Translations under genes and position numbers: made by a program
Origin: Macrostomum lignano
Taxonomy: Eukaryota
Assembly: GCA_002269645.1 (NCBI GenBank)
Contig: NIVC01002240.1
Location: 62,001 to 126,000, forward strand
Direction of reading: 5' to 3'
DNA length: 64,000 nt
In this document: positions 14,401-25,017 of the stretch, one piece after another
How the letters are laid out: each line of letters begins with the position of its first letter
How positions within the stretch are numbered: the stretch's first letter is position 1
Notes under the pieces: model-generated
What the model was told of the DNA's origin: nothing
What the model saw: only the letters and a program-made list of their open reading frames with translations
Databases searched by the model: none

Positions 14401-14817
14401 CATGACGCTTCTATGATTGTTTACATGACGCTTCTATGATTGTTTACATGACGCTTCTATGATTGTTTACATGACGCTTCTATGATTGTTTACATGACGC
14501 TTCTATGATTGTTTACATGACGCTTCTATGATTGTTTACATGACGCTTCTATGATTTTTTAATGACGCTTCTATGATTTTTACATGACGCTTCTATGATT
14601 TTTACATGACGCTTCTATGATTTTTAATGACGCTTCTATGATTTTTACATGACGCTTCTATGATTTTTACATGACGCTTCTATGATTTTTACATGACGCT
14701 TCTATGATTTTTACATGACGCTTCTATGATTGTTTACATGACGCTTCTATGATTTTTACATGACGCTTCTATGATTGTTTACATATGACGCTTCTATGAT
14801 TTTTACATGATGCTTCT
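11450..14817. repeat. 22-23 bp satellite array in Helitron B
   Basis: Same unit as in A, about 3.4 kb, more homogeneous toward its right end. Confidence 0.95.
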
Positions 14818-16009
14818 TTTTAAAAAGTCTTTTAGTTTTCCTGACGTTGAAAAGCTTTAATTAAAAAAATTGTACTCTATGAAAATTCGAACCATCGTCG
14901 CTGCATTTGGCAGTTCAGTTTGTTCACCTCTAGGCTAGCTCTCATCGTTTTGATAACATCAAATTTTGCACTTATATAATTCAACACTTTAAAATCCAAG
15001 CATAGAGTAAATCACACGAAGCAGTTATGACATAATCAGTTTCTCAGTCAGTCAGTATCAGTTAACAATATGGTTACGCAATTTAAATCAAGTCTGGTGC
15101 TACGCTTCCACACTGTATTTTCAATTCAAGTCGGAGGTACAATTCAGTTATGATGCAATCTATTTCAGAATCAGAATTCAACCAGTCAGTTTTTTCTCTA
15201 GCATTCTTACAATGCATTTCAAGTCGAAAGAGCTGCTTGACCTTTGCAAGAAAGCATGTTTTTCGAATATTTAATGCCTTTAGCATCGAGCAATTTCTTA
15301 GCCACGATGCATGTACCGTCACGGGAAAATTTCTGATCGAACAGTGCAAGTTCGAACAAAATCGGTCCAGCCATTTTTTCTCTAATCGATTACAAGCAAG
15401 CAAGATTTTCATTTTTAGTATATTGGACTAGCTAAAGTTTTGCCCCCCTTCGGGGAGCAGAAATAATTAATATTCGTCTAATATAATATACCTTTTAGCA
15501 GGAGTACTTTAAGTGTTTTTCTTAAGCTTAAGCTTAAAATAGGAATTTTTGGAGATCGTTAATAACGCATTTTAGGTAAAACAAAACTATCAACTTTTTA
15601 CAGTTTTTAGTTTAGAGCCCTGTATATGTCAACGTGTTTGATAAAAATTATTTTTATCATTTTTGATAAAAAATGGCCTTCGGGGTGGCCAATAAGCAAG
15701 GGACGAATCCTTTTAAATGAAAAAAAATTCTTAGGGAGGGGGGCTAGGAATCGAATTCTCATTTTAATTCCAGGCTTATGTACCAATAAAACATGTTTGT
15801 GCAGAATTTTATAACAGACATTGAAATTCAACCATACTTGCCTTCTTTCAGAGCTACTTCTACCAGTATGCTTCAGTACGCTACCAGTACCCTTGTAAGC
15901 CTTGACATGTCAGCAATCCCCCCCCACAAGCCTTAACATATCAACTCCCCCCTTGACATCTCAGCAATGCTCCCACAAGCCTTGAAATCTTAAAAAATCT
16001 GTCTATTTT

Positions 16010-16043
16010 CTAACCCTAACCCTAACCCTAACCCTAACCCTAA
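16010..16043. repeat. Interstitial (CCCTAA)n in Helitron C
   Basis: ctaaccctaaccctaaccctaaccctaaccctaa. Confidence 0.9.
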
Positions 16044-16989
16044 AGCATTGAAATTTCAGTAATTCTCTCTAAGAGTCTATAGCACTACTACAGCATTATA
16101 GCGATTCCCTGCAAGCCTCGACATCGTAGGGATTCCCAAATGAATCTCTTAACTTTGACATGAAGCTTCTTTTTTTTTACATTACGCTTTTTCTATCAGC
16201 GATCCCTCCCGTGAGGAGCCAACAAATAATGTAATAACTTTTTTCCAATAAACTACATGTAGCTTCTGACATTAGCCTTGACATCTCATTTATTCCCCGT
16301 GAGCCTTGACATCTCAGCTATAGATAGATAGATAGATTCCCCTCGTAAGCCTTGACATGTCAGCGATGCCCCCATAAACCTTGAAATCTAAAAAATCCCC
16401 TGTTAACCTTGAAACGCGCTAAAATCTAACCCTCAACCCAAACCTGACGTAAACCTAACTTTCACCCAACCTAAAGCCTTGAAATCACAGCAATTCTTCT
16501 TCCCTAAGCCTTGGCATTTAAGTGATTCCTTCTTTAAGAATCACAGCACTATAACGATTCCCTCCAAGCTTTGACATCGTAGCAATTCCCAAATGAATCT
16601 TTTAACTTTGACATGACTTTTATTTTATGTATACATAGTGCTCCTTTTATTTTTACATGACTCTTCTTCTATCAGCGCCCCCCCCACCGTGGCAAGCCAA
16701 CAAAGAATGCAATAAAAAACTTAAGTAAAGTACATGTACTTTGAAGTAGCTTCTGACTTTTGCTTTAACATCTCAGAAACCCCCCTGTAATCTCAGTTAT
16801 TCTCTGTGAGCCTTGACGTCTCAGTAATTCTCCCCAGCACAGCACTGTACTATAGCTTCATTTAATTTTTATATGACATTTCTTTCATGTCTGACATGAC
16901 GCTTCTTTTGATTTTTACGTTACGCTTCTTTTATTCTTCCATGATGCTTCTTAATTTTTTAAATGACACACTTTCATTAGTTTTTATAT

Positions 16990-17900
16990 GAGGCTTCTAT
17001 AATTTTTTCATGACGCTTCTATGCTTGTTTACATGACGCTTGTATGATTTTTACATGACGCTTCTATGATTGTTTACATGACGCTTGTATGATTGTTTAC
17101 ATGACGCTTCTATGATTTTTTACATGACGCTTTTATGATTTTTACATGACGCTTCTATGATTTTTTACATGACGCTTCTATGATTTTTACATGACGCTTC
17201 TATGATTTTTACATGACGCTTCTATGATTTTTACATGACGCTTCTATGATTTTTACATGACGCTTCTATGATTTTTACATGACGCTTCTATGATTGTTTA
17301 CATGACGCTTCTATGATTGTATACATGACGCTTCTATGATTGTTTACATGACGCTTTTATGATTGTTTACATGACGCTTCTATGATTTTTACATGACGCT
17401 TCTATGATTTTTACATGACGCTTCTATGATTGTTTACATGACGCTTCTATGATTGTTTACATGACGCTTCTATGATTTTAACATGACGCTTCTATGATTT
17501 TTTTACATGACGCTTCTATGATTGTTTACATGACGCTTGTATGATTGTTTACATGACGCTTGTATGATTTTAACATGACGCTTCTATGATTGTTTACATT
17601 ACGCTTCTATGATTGCTTGCATGACGCTTCTATGATTTTTTATGACGCTTTTATGATTTTAACATGACGCTTCTATGATTTTTTTACATGACGCTTCTAT
17701 GATTGTTTACATGACGCTTGTATGATTGTTTACATGACGCTTTTATGATTTTAACATGACGCTTCTATGATTGTTTACATTACGCTTCTATGATTTTTAC
17801 ATGACGCTTCTATGATTTTTACATGACGCTTCTATGATTGTTTACATGACGCTTCTATGATTGTTTACATGACGCTTGTATGATTGTTTACATGACGCTT
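16990..17900. repeat. 22-23 bp satellite array in Helitron C
   Basis: Same ATGATTGTTTACATGACGCTTCT unit, about 0.9 kb. Confidence 0.95.
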
Positions 17901-18059
17901 CCATAATTTTTTTTGTCTTGGCGTTAAAAGGCTTTAATTAAAAAAACTCTACTCTCTAAAAATTCGAACCATCGTCCCTGCATTTAGCAGTTTAGTCTGT
18001 TTACCTCTAGGCTAGCTCTCATGAATTTTAGTCATTACCCCTAAATAGAAAATATTCCC

Positions 18060-18290
18060 AAGACAGCAAGCATCCCCCCAGTAGCAAGCATCCCCTAATA
18101 CTCCTAGCAAGCATCCACCCAGATAGCAAGCATCTGCAGATAGCAAGCATCTTGCAGATAGCAAGCATCTTGCAGATAGCAAGCATACCCCAAATAATGT
18201 AGAAGCATCCTTCCAGATAGCAAGCATCCTGCACATAGCAAGAATCCCTAAATAGCAAGCATCCCTGGATAGAAATAATCCTATACATGT
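18060..18290. repeat. Degenerate 18-20 bp tandem repeat
   Basis: Unit gcaagcatcttgcagata. Confidence 0.75.
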
Positions 18291-18305
18291 AGCCAAGCTT
18301 ATCAA

Positions 18306-19880
18306 GCGCAGTAATCCTTGGCTATCGAGTGCAGTAATCCTTGGTTTATTAATAGCAATAATCCTTGGCTTATCGAGTGCAGTAATCCTTGGTTTATTAA
18401 TAGCAATAATCCTGGCTTATGAGTGCAGTAATCCTTGGTTTATTAATAGCAATAATCCTTGGCTTATCGAGTGCAGTAATCCTTGGTTTATTAATAGCAA
18501 TAATCCTTGGCTTATCGAGTGCAGTAATCCTTGGTTTATTAATAGCAATAATCCATGCTTATCGAGTGCAGTAATCCTTGGTTTATTAATAGCAATAATC
18601 CTTGGCTTATCGAGTGCAGTAATCCTTGGTTTATTAATAGCAATAGTCCATTGGCTTATCGAGTGCAGTAATCCTTGGTTTGCCAAGAGCAATAGTCCTT
18701 GGTTATCGAGTGCAGTAATCCTTGGTTTTAATAGCAATAGTCCTTGGTTTATTGAGTGCAGTAATCCTTGGTTTATTAATAGCAATAGTCCTTGGTTTAT
18801 TGAGTGCAGTAATCCTTGGTTTATTAATAGCAATAATCCTTGGCTTTATCGAGTAGCAGTAATCCTTGGTTTGCGAAGTGCATAATCCTTGGTTTATTAA
18901 TAGCAATAATCCTTGGCTTATCGAGTGCAGTAATCCTTGGTTTATTAATAGCAATAATCCTTGGCTTATCGAGTGCATAATCCTTGGTTTATTAATAGCA
19001 ATAATCCTTGGCTTATCGAGTGCAGTAATCCTTGGTTTATTAATAGCAATAGTCCTTGGCTTATCGAGTGCAGTAATCCTTGGTTTATTAGAGCAATAGT
19101 CCTTGGTTTTGAGTGCAGTAATCCTTGGTTTATTAATAGCAATAGTCATTGAGTGCAGTAATCTTGGTTTATTAATAGCAATAATCCTTGGCTTATCGAG
19201 TGCAGTAATCCTTGGTTTATTAATAGCAATAATCCTTGGTTTATCGAGTGCAGTAATCCTTGTTTATTAATAGCAATAATCCTTGGCTTATCGAGTGCAG
19301 TAATCCTTGGTTTATTAATAGCAATAATCCATGGCTTATCGAGTGCAGTAATCCTTGGTTTGCCAAGAGCAATAGTCCTTGGCTTATCGAGTGCAGTAAT
19401 CCTTGGTTTGCCAAGAGCAATAGTCCTTGGTTTATTGAGTGCAGTAATCCTTGGTTTATTAATAGCAATAGTCCTTGGCTTATCGAGTGCAGTAATCCTT
19501 GGTTTATTAATAGCAATAATCCTTGGTTTATCGAGTGCAGTAATCCTTGGTTTATTAATAGCAATAATCCTTGGCTTATCGAGTGCAGTAATCCTTGGTT
19601 TATTAATAGCAATAATCCATGGCTTATGAGTGCAGTAATCCTTGGTTTATTAATAGCAATAATCCTTGGCTTATCGATTGCAGTAATTCATGGTTTATTA
19701 ATAGCAATAATCCTTGGCTTATCGAGTGCAGTAATCCTTGGTTTATTAATAGCAATAATCCATGGCTTATCGAGTGCAGTAATCCTTGGTTTGCCAAGAG
19801 CAATATTCCTTGGCTTATCGAGTGCAGTATTCCTTGGTTTGCCAAGAGCAATAATCCTTAGCTTATCGAGTGCAGTAATC
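18306..19880. repeat. 48-bp satellite (2 x 24-bp subunits) in Helitron part D
   Basis: Unit gagtgcagtaatccttggtttattaatagcaataatccttggcttatc. Confidence 0.95.
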
Positions 19881-19953
19881 TAAGTGTTTTTATTTAGTCC
19901 TTTAATAAAAGCTTTTAATAAAAAATTTTACACTACTACTTTTAAACTACTTA

Positions 19954-20012
19954 GATTCGAACCCAGGTCGCTGCATTAGCAGTCTGGTCTGCTCAGCTCT
20001 AGGCTAGCTCTC
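19954..20012 (-). other. tRNA-like (Pol III A/B box) segment in Helitron; homologues at 9733-9797, 14885-14943, 17962-18020
   Basis: Minus strand GAGAGCTAGCCTAGAGCTGAGCAGACCAGACTGCTAATGCAGCGACCTGGGTTCGAATC: A-box-like TAGCCTAGAG, anticodon-loop-like CTGCTAA, B box GGTTCGAATC. It is not a foldable full tRNA. Confidence 0.55.
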
Positions 20013-20799
20013 ATCGAAGTTATCAGTGAATTTGTACCACTTATATAATTAATTCAACACTCACACCAAGTCAGGTAGAGTAAAAAGTCACGCGAAGCAG
20101 TTATGACATAATCAATTTCTTAGGCAAGTCAGTACCAGTGTCTATGAAAGTTTACAATATGGTTACGTAATATAAATTCAGTACTGCACTATACTTTCAC
20201 CCTCAAAGCTGTGACGCAATTCAATTGAGTGTCAAATTCAGCCAGTACACAGACGATAAATAAAGTGTATTGTGATGCAATCTATTTCAGAATCAGAATT
20301 CAACCAGTCAGATTTTTCTCTAGCATTCTTACAATGCATTTCAGGTCGAAAGAGCTGCTTGACCTTTGCAAAAAATCATGTTTTTCGAATATTTAATCCC
20401 TTTAACATTGAGCAATTTCTTAGCCAATATGCATGTACCGTCCCGGGAAAATTTCTGATCGAATGGTGCAAGTTTGAAGAAAATCGGTTGAGCCGTTCGG
20501 GAGAAAATCAATTACAAGCAAGCAACCAAGCATTTCATTTTTAGTATATTAGATCTTTAAAATAAAAAACGACTATGTGATGCTATCTAAACACTATCAC
20601 GTATTAACATACATTGTATGTACCCTGGATGTTCGTTAATAAAAAGTAAGATTTCATATAGCTAAAATTAACACCTGCATACAAACTCTACGCCTACGGA
20701 AGCGGAAGTTCCATCTGTAAATTCGATTATGATCTATAGAAAACGATTTAGTATAGGTGGATTTATGAGAGTCACGAGAGTCTGGAGATATTACACAAA

Positions 20800-21065
20800 G
20801 ATAACATCATCATGTAACACATTAAGTAAATTATCTTCCCAGGTTGCCTAAGATGTCTGATGATAAGCGCAATATCAGAATATAGCTAGTAGTATGGCCG
20901 CTGATGGTGGACGTGCACGCCATGACTGGCGTATCAGTCATTTAAAATAGATCGATATATTGGGCAGATAAATTTAACTTTTAACAAATACCATCATCAG
21001 CATGATACTTATTAAACATAGTTCCGACCTTTAAAGTTGCTTTCGAGAACTTCTACTGCATTCAT
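20800..21065 (-). pseudogene. Fossil N-terminus of the CACTA ORF with a degenerate C2H2 zinc finger
   Basis: ATG at 21065: MNAVEVLESNFKGRNYV**VSC**WYLLKVKFICPIYRSILND*YASHGVHVHHQ. Reading TAT as TGT restores CxxC...HxxxH. Confidence 0.45.
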
Positions 21066-21558
21066 AATTTAATTAACATCGTACTTGTTCTTTCCGAGGC
21101 ACACCTCATATGAAAGTTACCAGATGTTACCAATTTATTAGAAAAGTTCCCAAAAGTTTCCATCCGTAATGAGTCATGCAGGGCGCCCGCCACTCATGAG
21201 GCCACTGATAAGTTACCATAAGTTGCCGAAAATTCCCAAAAACTCACCGAAAAGTGCTAAAAGTTACCAAAAGTTTCCAAAATGTTGCCATTTTTTTACC
21301 TCTCCAAAAAGTTACCAAAAGTTACCATTCGCCGCGCTCAATGTTCCTAAAAGTTGCCAAACAGATAGCCAATCAGCGCACGCCACGGCGGCGCCCACCT
21401 CTTAAACTTGAAAAGTAACCACAAGTTACCAAAATTTACCACTATTTAGCCATAAATTGCCATAAGCTACCAAATGTTCCCACAAATTGTTCCCATAATT
21501 TTTCAACGGGCTAAATTCCTGCCTTCAAATAATAATTATTGTTTTCTATAATATACCT

Positions 21559-21780
21559 CATCTGAAGGCTGCGTACGGCTGTTCAGTCCAAGGACTGGGG
21601 GGTCGCCACACACACCCTCAATCACCCCAGCTAATGCTGGCACCCATTTTACAGCTGGGTGAACTGAAGCAATGCAGAGTTAAGTGTCTTGCTCAAGGGC
21701 ACAAATTGTTCGAGATCGAGAATCGAACCCACGACCTTTCAGTCGTGAGTCCGACGCTCTGACCACTAGGCTACAGCCCC
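21559..21780 (-). mobile_element. tRNA-derived SINE, copy 1 (3'-degraded)
   Basis: Head GGGGCTGTAGCCTAGTGGTCAGAGCGTCGGACTCACGACTGAAAGGTCGTGGGTTCGATTC (A and B boxes). Body matches the copies at 57609-58225 and 63869-64000. Confidence 0.85.
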
Positions 21781-22334
21781 TACCACTTCCAAAAATTTCA
21801 CAAATCACCGGGGTCGCGCAGAAATCGATTGAGAAGAAAAACTGCGGTGCTTCCATTGTGAGGGACGAGCAACAGACATTGTTGAAGATTTTCCTCCCAC
21901 GGGGACTGGAGGCGGGGAGCAGGCAGTCGGATCGGGCGTTTCGCCACCCCCCCCCCCAGTCCCCAGTCTCCGAGCACCAATTCGGTTTAGCTAATGGGAA
22001 TAATAAATTTTCTCCCATGCTGCAGGCCTTTGCCTCTAAGCACTTAGCACCTGATGCTCGCTTGGCTGTTGATTGCATTTTCTGGGCCGCTTCCCGCTGC
22101 CCACGTTTCAGCCGCCACTAGCAGAAATTGTTGCTAGGGCGAAGGGCGAGTATTTGCTATATGTCGGGATATGTACATGTGTATATAGGAGTAGAGTAGT
22201 TGTTAAGATGGAAATAGGAATGGAAAGGGAGAAAAAGGCGTGAGAGCGAGATAAAGCTGTGAGAGGTAGATAAAGGTGCGAGAGAGAGATGTAGGTATGA
22301 GATGGAGATGAAGGTGTGGGGGAGATTAATGTGA

Positions 22335-23082
22335 GAGTGAGATGAAAGTTAGAGGAAAATTAAGGAGTGGGATGCAGGCGAGAGTGAGGTGAAGGTGGTA
22401 GGGAGATGCAGGTGAGAGTGAGGTGAAGGTGGGAGGGAGATGCAGGTGAGAGTGAGATGAAGGTGGGAGGGAGATGCAGGTGAGAGTGAGGTGAAGGTGT
22501 GAGGGAGATGCAGGTGAGAGTGAGGTGAAGGTAGGAGGGAGATGCAGGTGAGAGTGAGGTGAAGGTGGTAGGGAGATGCAGGCGAGAGTGAGGTGAAGGT
22601 AGGAGGGAGATGCAGGTGAGAGTGAGGTGAAGGTGGGAGGGAGATGCAGGTGAGAGTGAGGTGAAGGTAGGAGGGAGATGCAGGTGAGAGTGAGGTGAAG
22701 GTAGGAGGGAGATGCAGGTGAGAGTGAGGTGAAGGTAGGAGGGAGATGCAGGTGAGAGTGAGGTGAAGGTGGTAGGGAGATGCAGGCGAGAGTGAGGTGA
22801 AGGTAGGAGGGAGATGCAGGTGAGAGTGAGGTGAAGGTGGGAGGGAGATGCAGGTGAGAGTGAGGTGAAGGTGGGAGGGAGATGCAGGTGAGAGTGAAGT
22901 GAAGGTGGGATGGAGATGCAGGTGAGAGTGAGGTGAAGGTGTGAGGGAGATGCAGGCGAGAGTGAGGTGAAGGTAGGAGGGAGATGCAGGTGAGAGTGAG
23001 GTGAAGGTGGGAGGGAGATGCAGGCGAGAGTGAGGTGAAGGTAGGAGGGAGATGCAGGTGAGAGTGAGGTGAAGGTGTGAGG
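22335..23082. repeat. 33-bp purine-rich tandem repeat starting at the CUB exon donor
   Basis: Unit gggagatgcaggtgagagtgaggtgaaggt(a/g)gga. Confidence 0.95.
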
Positions 23083-23089
23083 TAGCTAC

Positions 23090-23283
23090 CTTTCTCTTGG
23101 AACTCATATCGAATCCGGAAGCCATTCGAGGTCCTGTCCCGCAGCGCGCTGTAGTTGCCGTACTCAGCGTAGAGCACCAGGGTGACGTTGGACAGGCCGC
23201 GGATTTCGCTGCCGGATTTATCGCCGCACAGCCTGCGCAGGTAGCTGCCCTCCACGTAGATGTCCACGAATTCCAGCTTGCAG
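23090..23283 (-). CDS. CUB-domain exon
   Basis: Acceptor ccaccgcag|, weak donor aaag|gtagct. Translation CKLEFVDIYVEGSYLRRLCGDKSGSEIRGLSNVTLVLYAEYG...NGFRIRYEF fits the C-terminal half of CUB (C..DY.eI...CG...GF...Y). Confidence 0.7.
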
Positions 23284-23360
23284 CTGCGGTGGGCGGTTTA
23301 GCAACAGCGATGGGCTTTGATATTTTCAAATATGATATTTTGATATTTTGCATCGCTCAG

Positions 23361-23466
23361 GCCAGTGCTGGATGGCCGGCGTGGAGGCCTTCCTGAGCCA
23401 GTGGCTTCCCGATTCGAGCTGTCGGACTTTTGTGGACACAGCTGCTGTTCGGAAGTTCCAGCTCGG
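23361..23466 (+). CDS. Internal exon of an unassigned protein
   Basis: catcgctcag| acceptor and ctcg|gtgagt donor. QCWMAGVEAFLSQWLPDSSCRTFVDTAAVRKFQL with host-like GC3 codons. Phase-compatible with 24529-24804. Confidence 0.6.
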
Positions 23467-24528
23467 TGAGTCGATTATCCTTTAGTATGATCCAAAATCG
23501 GGCTATTGAAAGAGTTTAATAAGGCAAAGCGTGAAAAACGAGTGATTTACATTTACATTATTTACATAAGTGGTTTTCTCGTAAATATCTACTCGGAAAG
23601 CACGACTATAGAAGAAAACTAAGTTATTGGTTTGTTTTTTGACTACTCAGATTTTTGCCGGCCTCAAGGACTACTCAAGTAGAAGGACAGGAAACTATGT
23701 TTCTTGGTAATTTTAAGGAGGCAGGCTTTTACAGAAAATATACATCACGGAGATGGAGGTTTTTATTTGTTACTGCTTGCCTTTTGATACTCGTAGGTGG
23801 CAGACCCAAGTGTCCATCTTTTGAAATTTTAGCCTTTCTTATAGCTCTATTGATACTCATAAAGCTTTAAAGAAAATTAGGATTCTGGTATAGCATGGAA
23901 ATCCAACAAAAAACGGAATGAAAACTTTTGAATAGACTAAATTTATCTTATGAACTCTAATCTAAGCCTTGACATCTCATCGATTCTCCCAAGAGTCACA
24001 GCATTAAAGCAATTCCTCCCAGGCTTCACATCTTTGCAGTTCCCTAATTATTATTTTTTTGACATGACATCCACTATACGCTCATAGCATTGTTAGCTTA
24101 TTGACTGCAAAAAAGTGTGTAACAGAATGATAAAATAGATTCATAAAGCTAATGAGTCGAGCCGTGCCATTGTTATGATTTTTAGGCACAGTACATATTC
24201 GACTGGACGTAGGATTTAAAATAATATATAGAATTCTAATCTTCTGAACGAAAAGCTTTACGGATATCAATAGAACTATAAGAAAGGCAAAAAATATCAA
24301 AAGATGAACAATTAATTGGGTTTGTGCTGAAAAAATGAAAACCTATATTCTCCGTCATGTATTTTTCTGTAAAACCTGACTCCTAAAAATTCCAAGAAAC
24401 GTACGTAGTTTCCCGTCCTTTGAGTAGTCCTTGGTCGGCAAATTGAATAAATTTTGCAGCTAACCTACTTACCTTCTAATGTTTTGAGTACGAGAAGTTG
24501 CACCGCTGCACATTCGAAACCCGCAGAG

Positions 24529-24804
24529 CGAACCGGCGACCTGAGTGCTGGCGTGCGGCAATCCATGAAGCTGCTGTACAACTTCCGCATGGGGATGTTT
24601 AACCTGGCCCAGATTCCTGACGGCGGCAATCCGCACGCCCCGTTGGCTCGCGGAGTCCTTCACAACAAGTCCATGGGCATCTACTTGACTGGCCAGGCCG
24701 ACTCTCTGCTGGATGTGGTTACGGCGCCCGACACCGATCGGCTGTTCATCCCTGCCTCCAATGTCACAGTTTACATCCGCGGTCGGTTCCTGCCGAACTT
24801 TTAG
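24529..24804 (+). CDS. Terminal exon of the same unassigned protein
   Basis: acccgcag| acceptor. (E)RTGDLSAGVRQSMKLLYNFRMG...NVTVYIRGRFLPNF*, GC-rich codons. Confidence 0.6.
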   Translation, partial: RTGDLSAGVRQSMKLLYNFRMGMFNLAQIPDGGNPHAPLARGVLHNKSMGIYLTGQADSLLDVVTAPDTDRLFIPASNVTVYIRGRFLPNF

Positions 24805-25017
24805 TAAGTGAAAACTCAATAGAAATTGATTCCCGAAGCTTTGCAATCGCTCAGGGCTAGAGTAGCTCAGCGGTTAACGCGTCTCTGACTCTCGCGCAGC
24901 CAAAGACCCCATGTCCGGTTTCGCGCACGGCTGCGTTCCCCAAGGTACGCTCTGCGGGTGCCGATGAGAGACAGCGGATCGCTGTACATCCTGTGTGAGC
25001 GTGTGCCTGAGTACATA

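Larger units (their letters stand above)
10263..15427 (-). mobile_element. Non-autonomous Helitron unit B (5.2 kb)
   Basis: Same 3' hairpin and CTAG as unit A at 10263. 5' TC at 15427-15426. Body nearly identical to A. Confidence 0.85.
15428..20553 (-). mobile_element. Composite Helitron unit C/D (5.1 kb)
   Basis: 3' hairpin GCTCCCCGAAGGGGGGC plus CTAG at 15428. 5' TCTAATATACTAAAA at 20553, followed by host T at 20554, so the whole array sits in an A|T target. A-like body at 15890-18020 is joined to a diverged 5' part carrying different satellites. Confidence 0.8.
562..21510. mobile_element. CACTA/EnSpm (CMC)-like DNA transposon, 20.9 kb including nested Helitrons (about 4.5 kb without them)
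   Basis: Left end CCCGTTGAAAAATTATGGAAAC (562-583). Right end GTTCCCATAATTTTTCAACGGG (21489-21510) is its reverse complement with 1 mismatch. CT lies on both flanks (560-561, 21511-21512). Dense AAAAGTT(A/C/G/T)CC subterminal repeats at about 590-890 and 21110-21490. CCC termini, a 2-bp TSD and subterminal repeats are typical of animal EnSpm elements. Confidence 0.8.

Noticed and set aside
18012-19883. Multiple ORFs (LLLINQG, SNNPW, SAVILG repeats)
   Set aside because: Translations of the 18- and 48-bp satellites
9924-20544. ~91-aa ORF MMQSISESEFNQ... repeated at 9985, 15150 and 20272
   Set aside because: It is the Helitron 5' terminal sequence, open on both strands in two copies, with no coding-like codon bias or motif
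21721-21780. tRNA gene candidates (also 57609-57674, 19954-20012, 24855-24900)
   Set aside because: A/B boxes present but no complete cloverleaf; they are SINE heads or relics, and 24855 lacks a B box
22326-23396. 313-aa and 334-aa His/Leu/Pro-rich ORFs
   Set aside because: Read-through of the CUB exon into the 33-bp intronic repeat; only 23090-23283 retained
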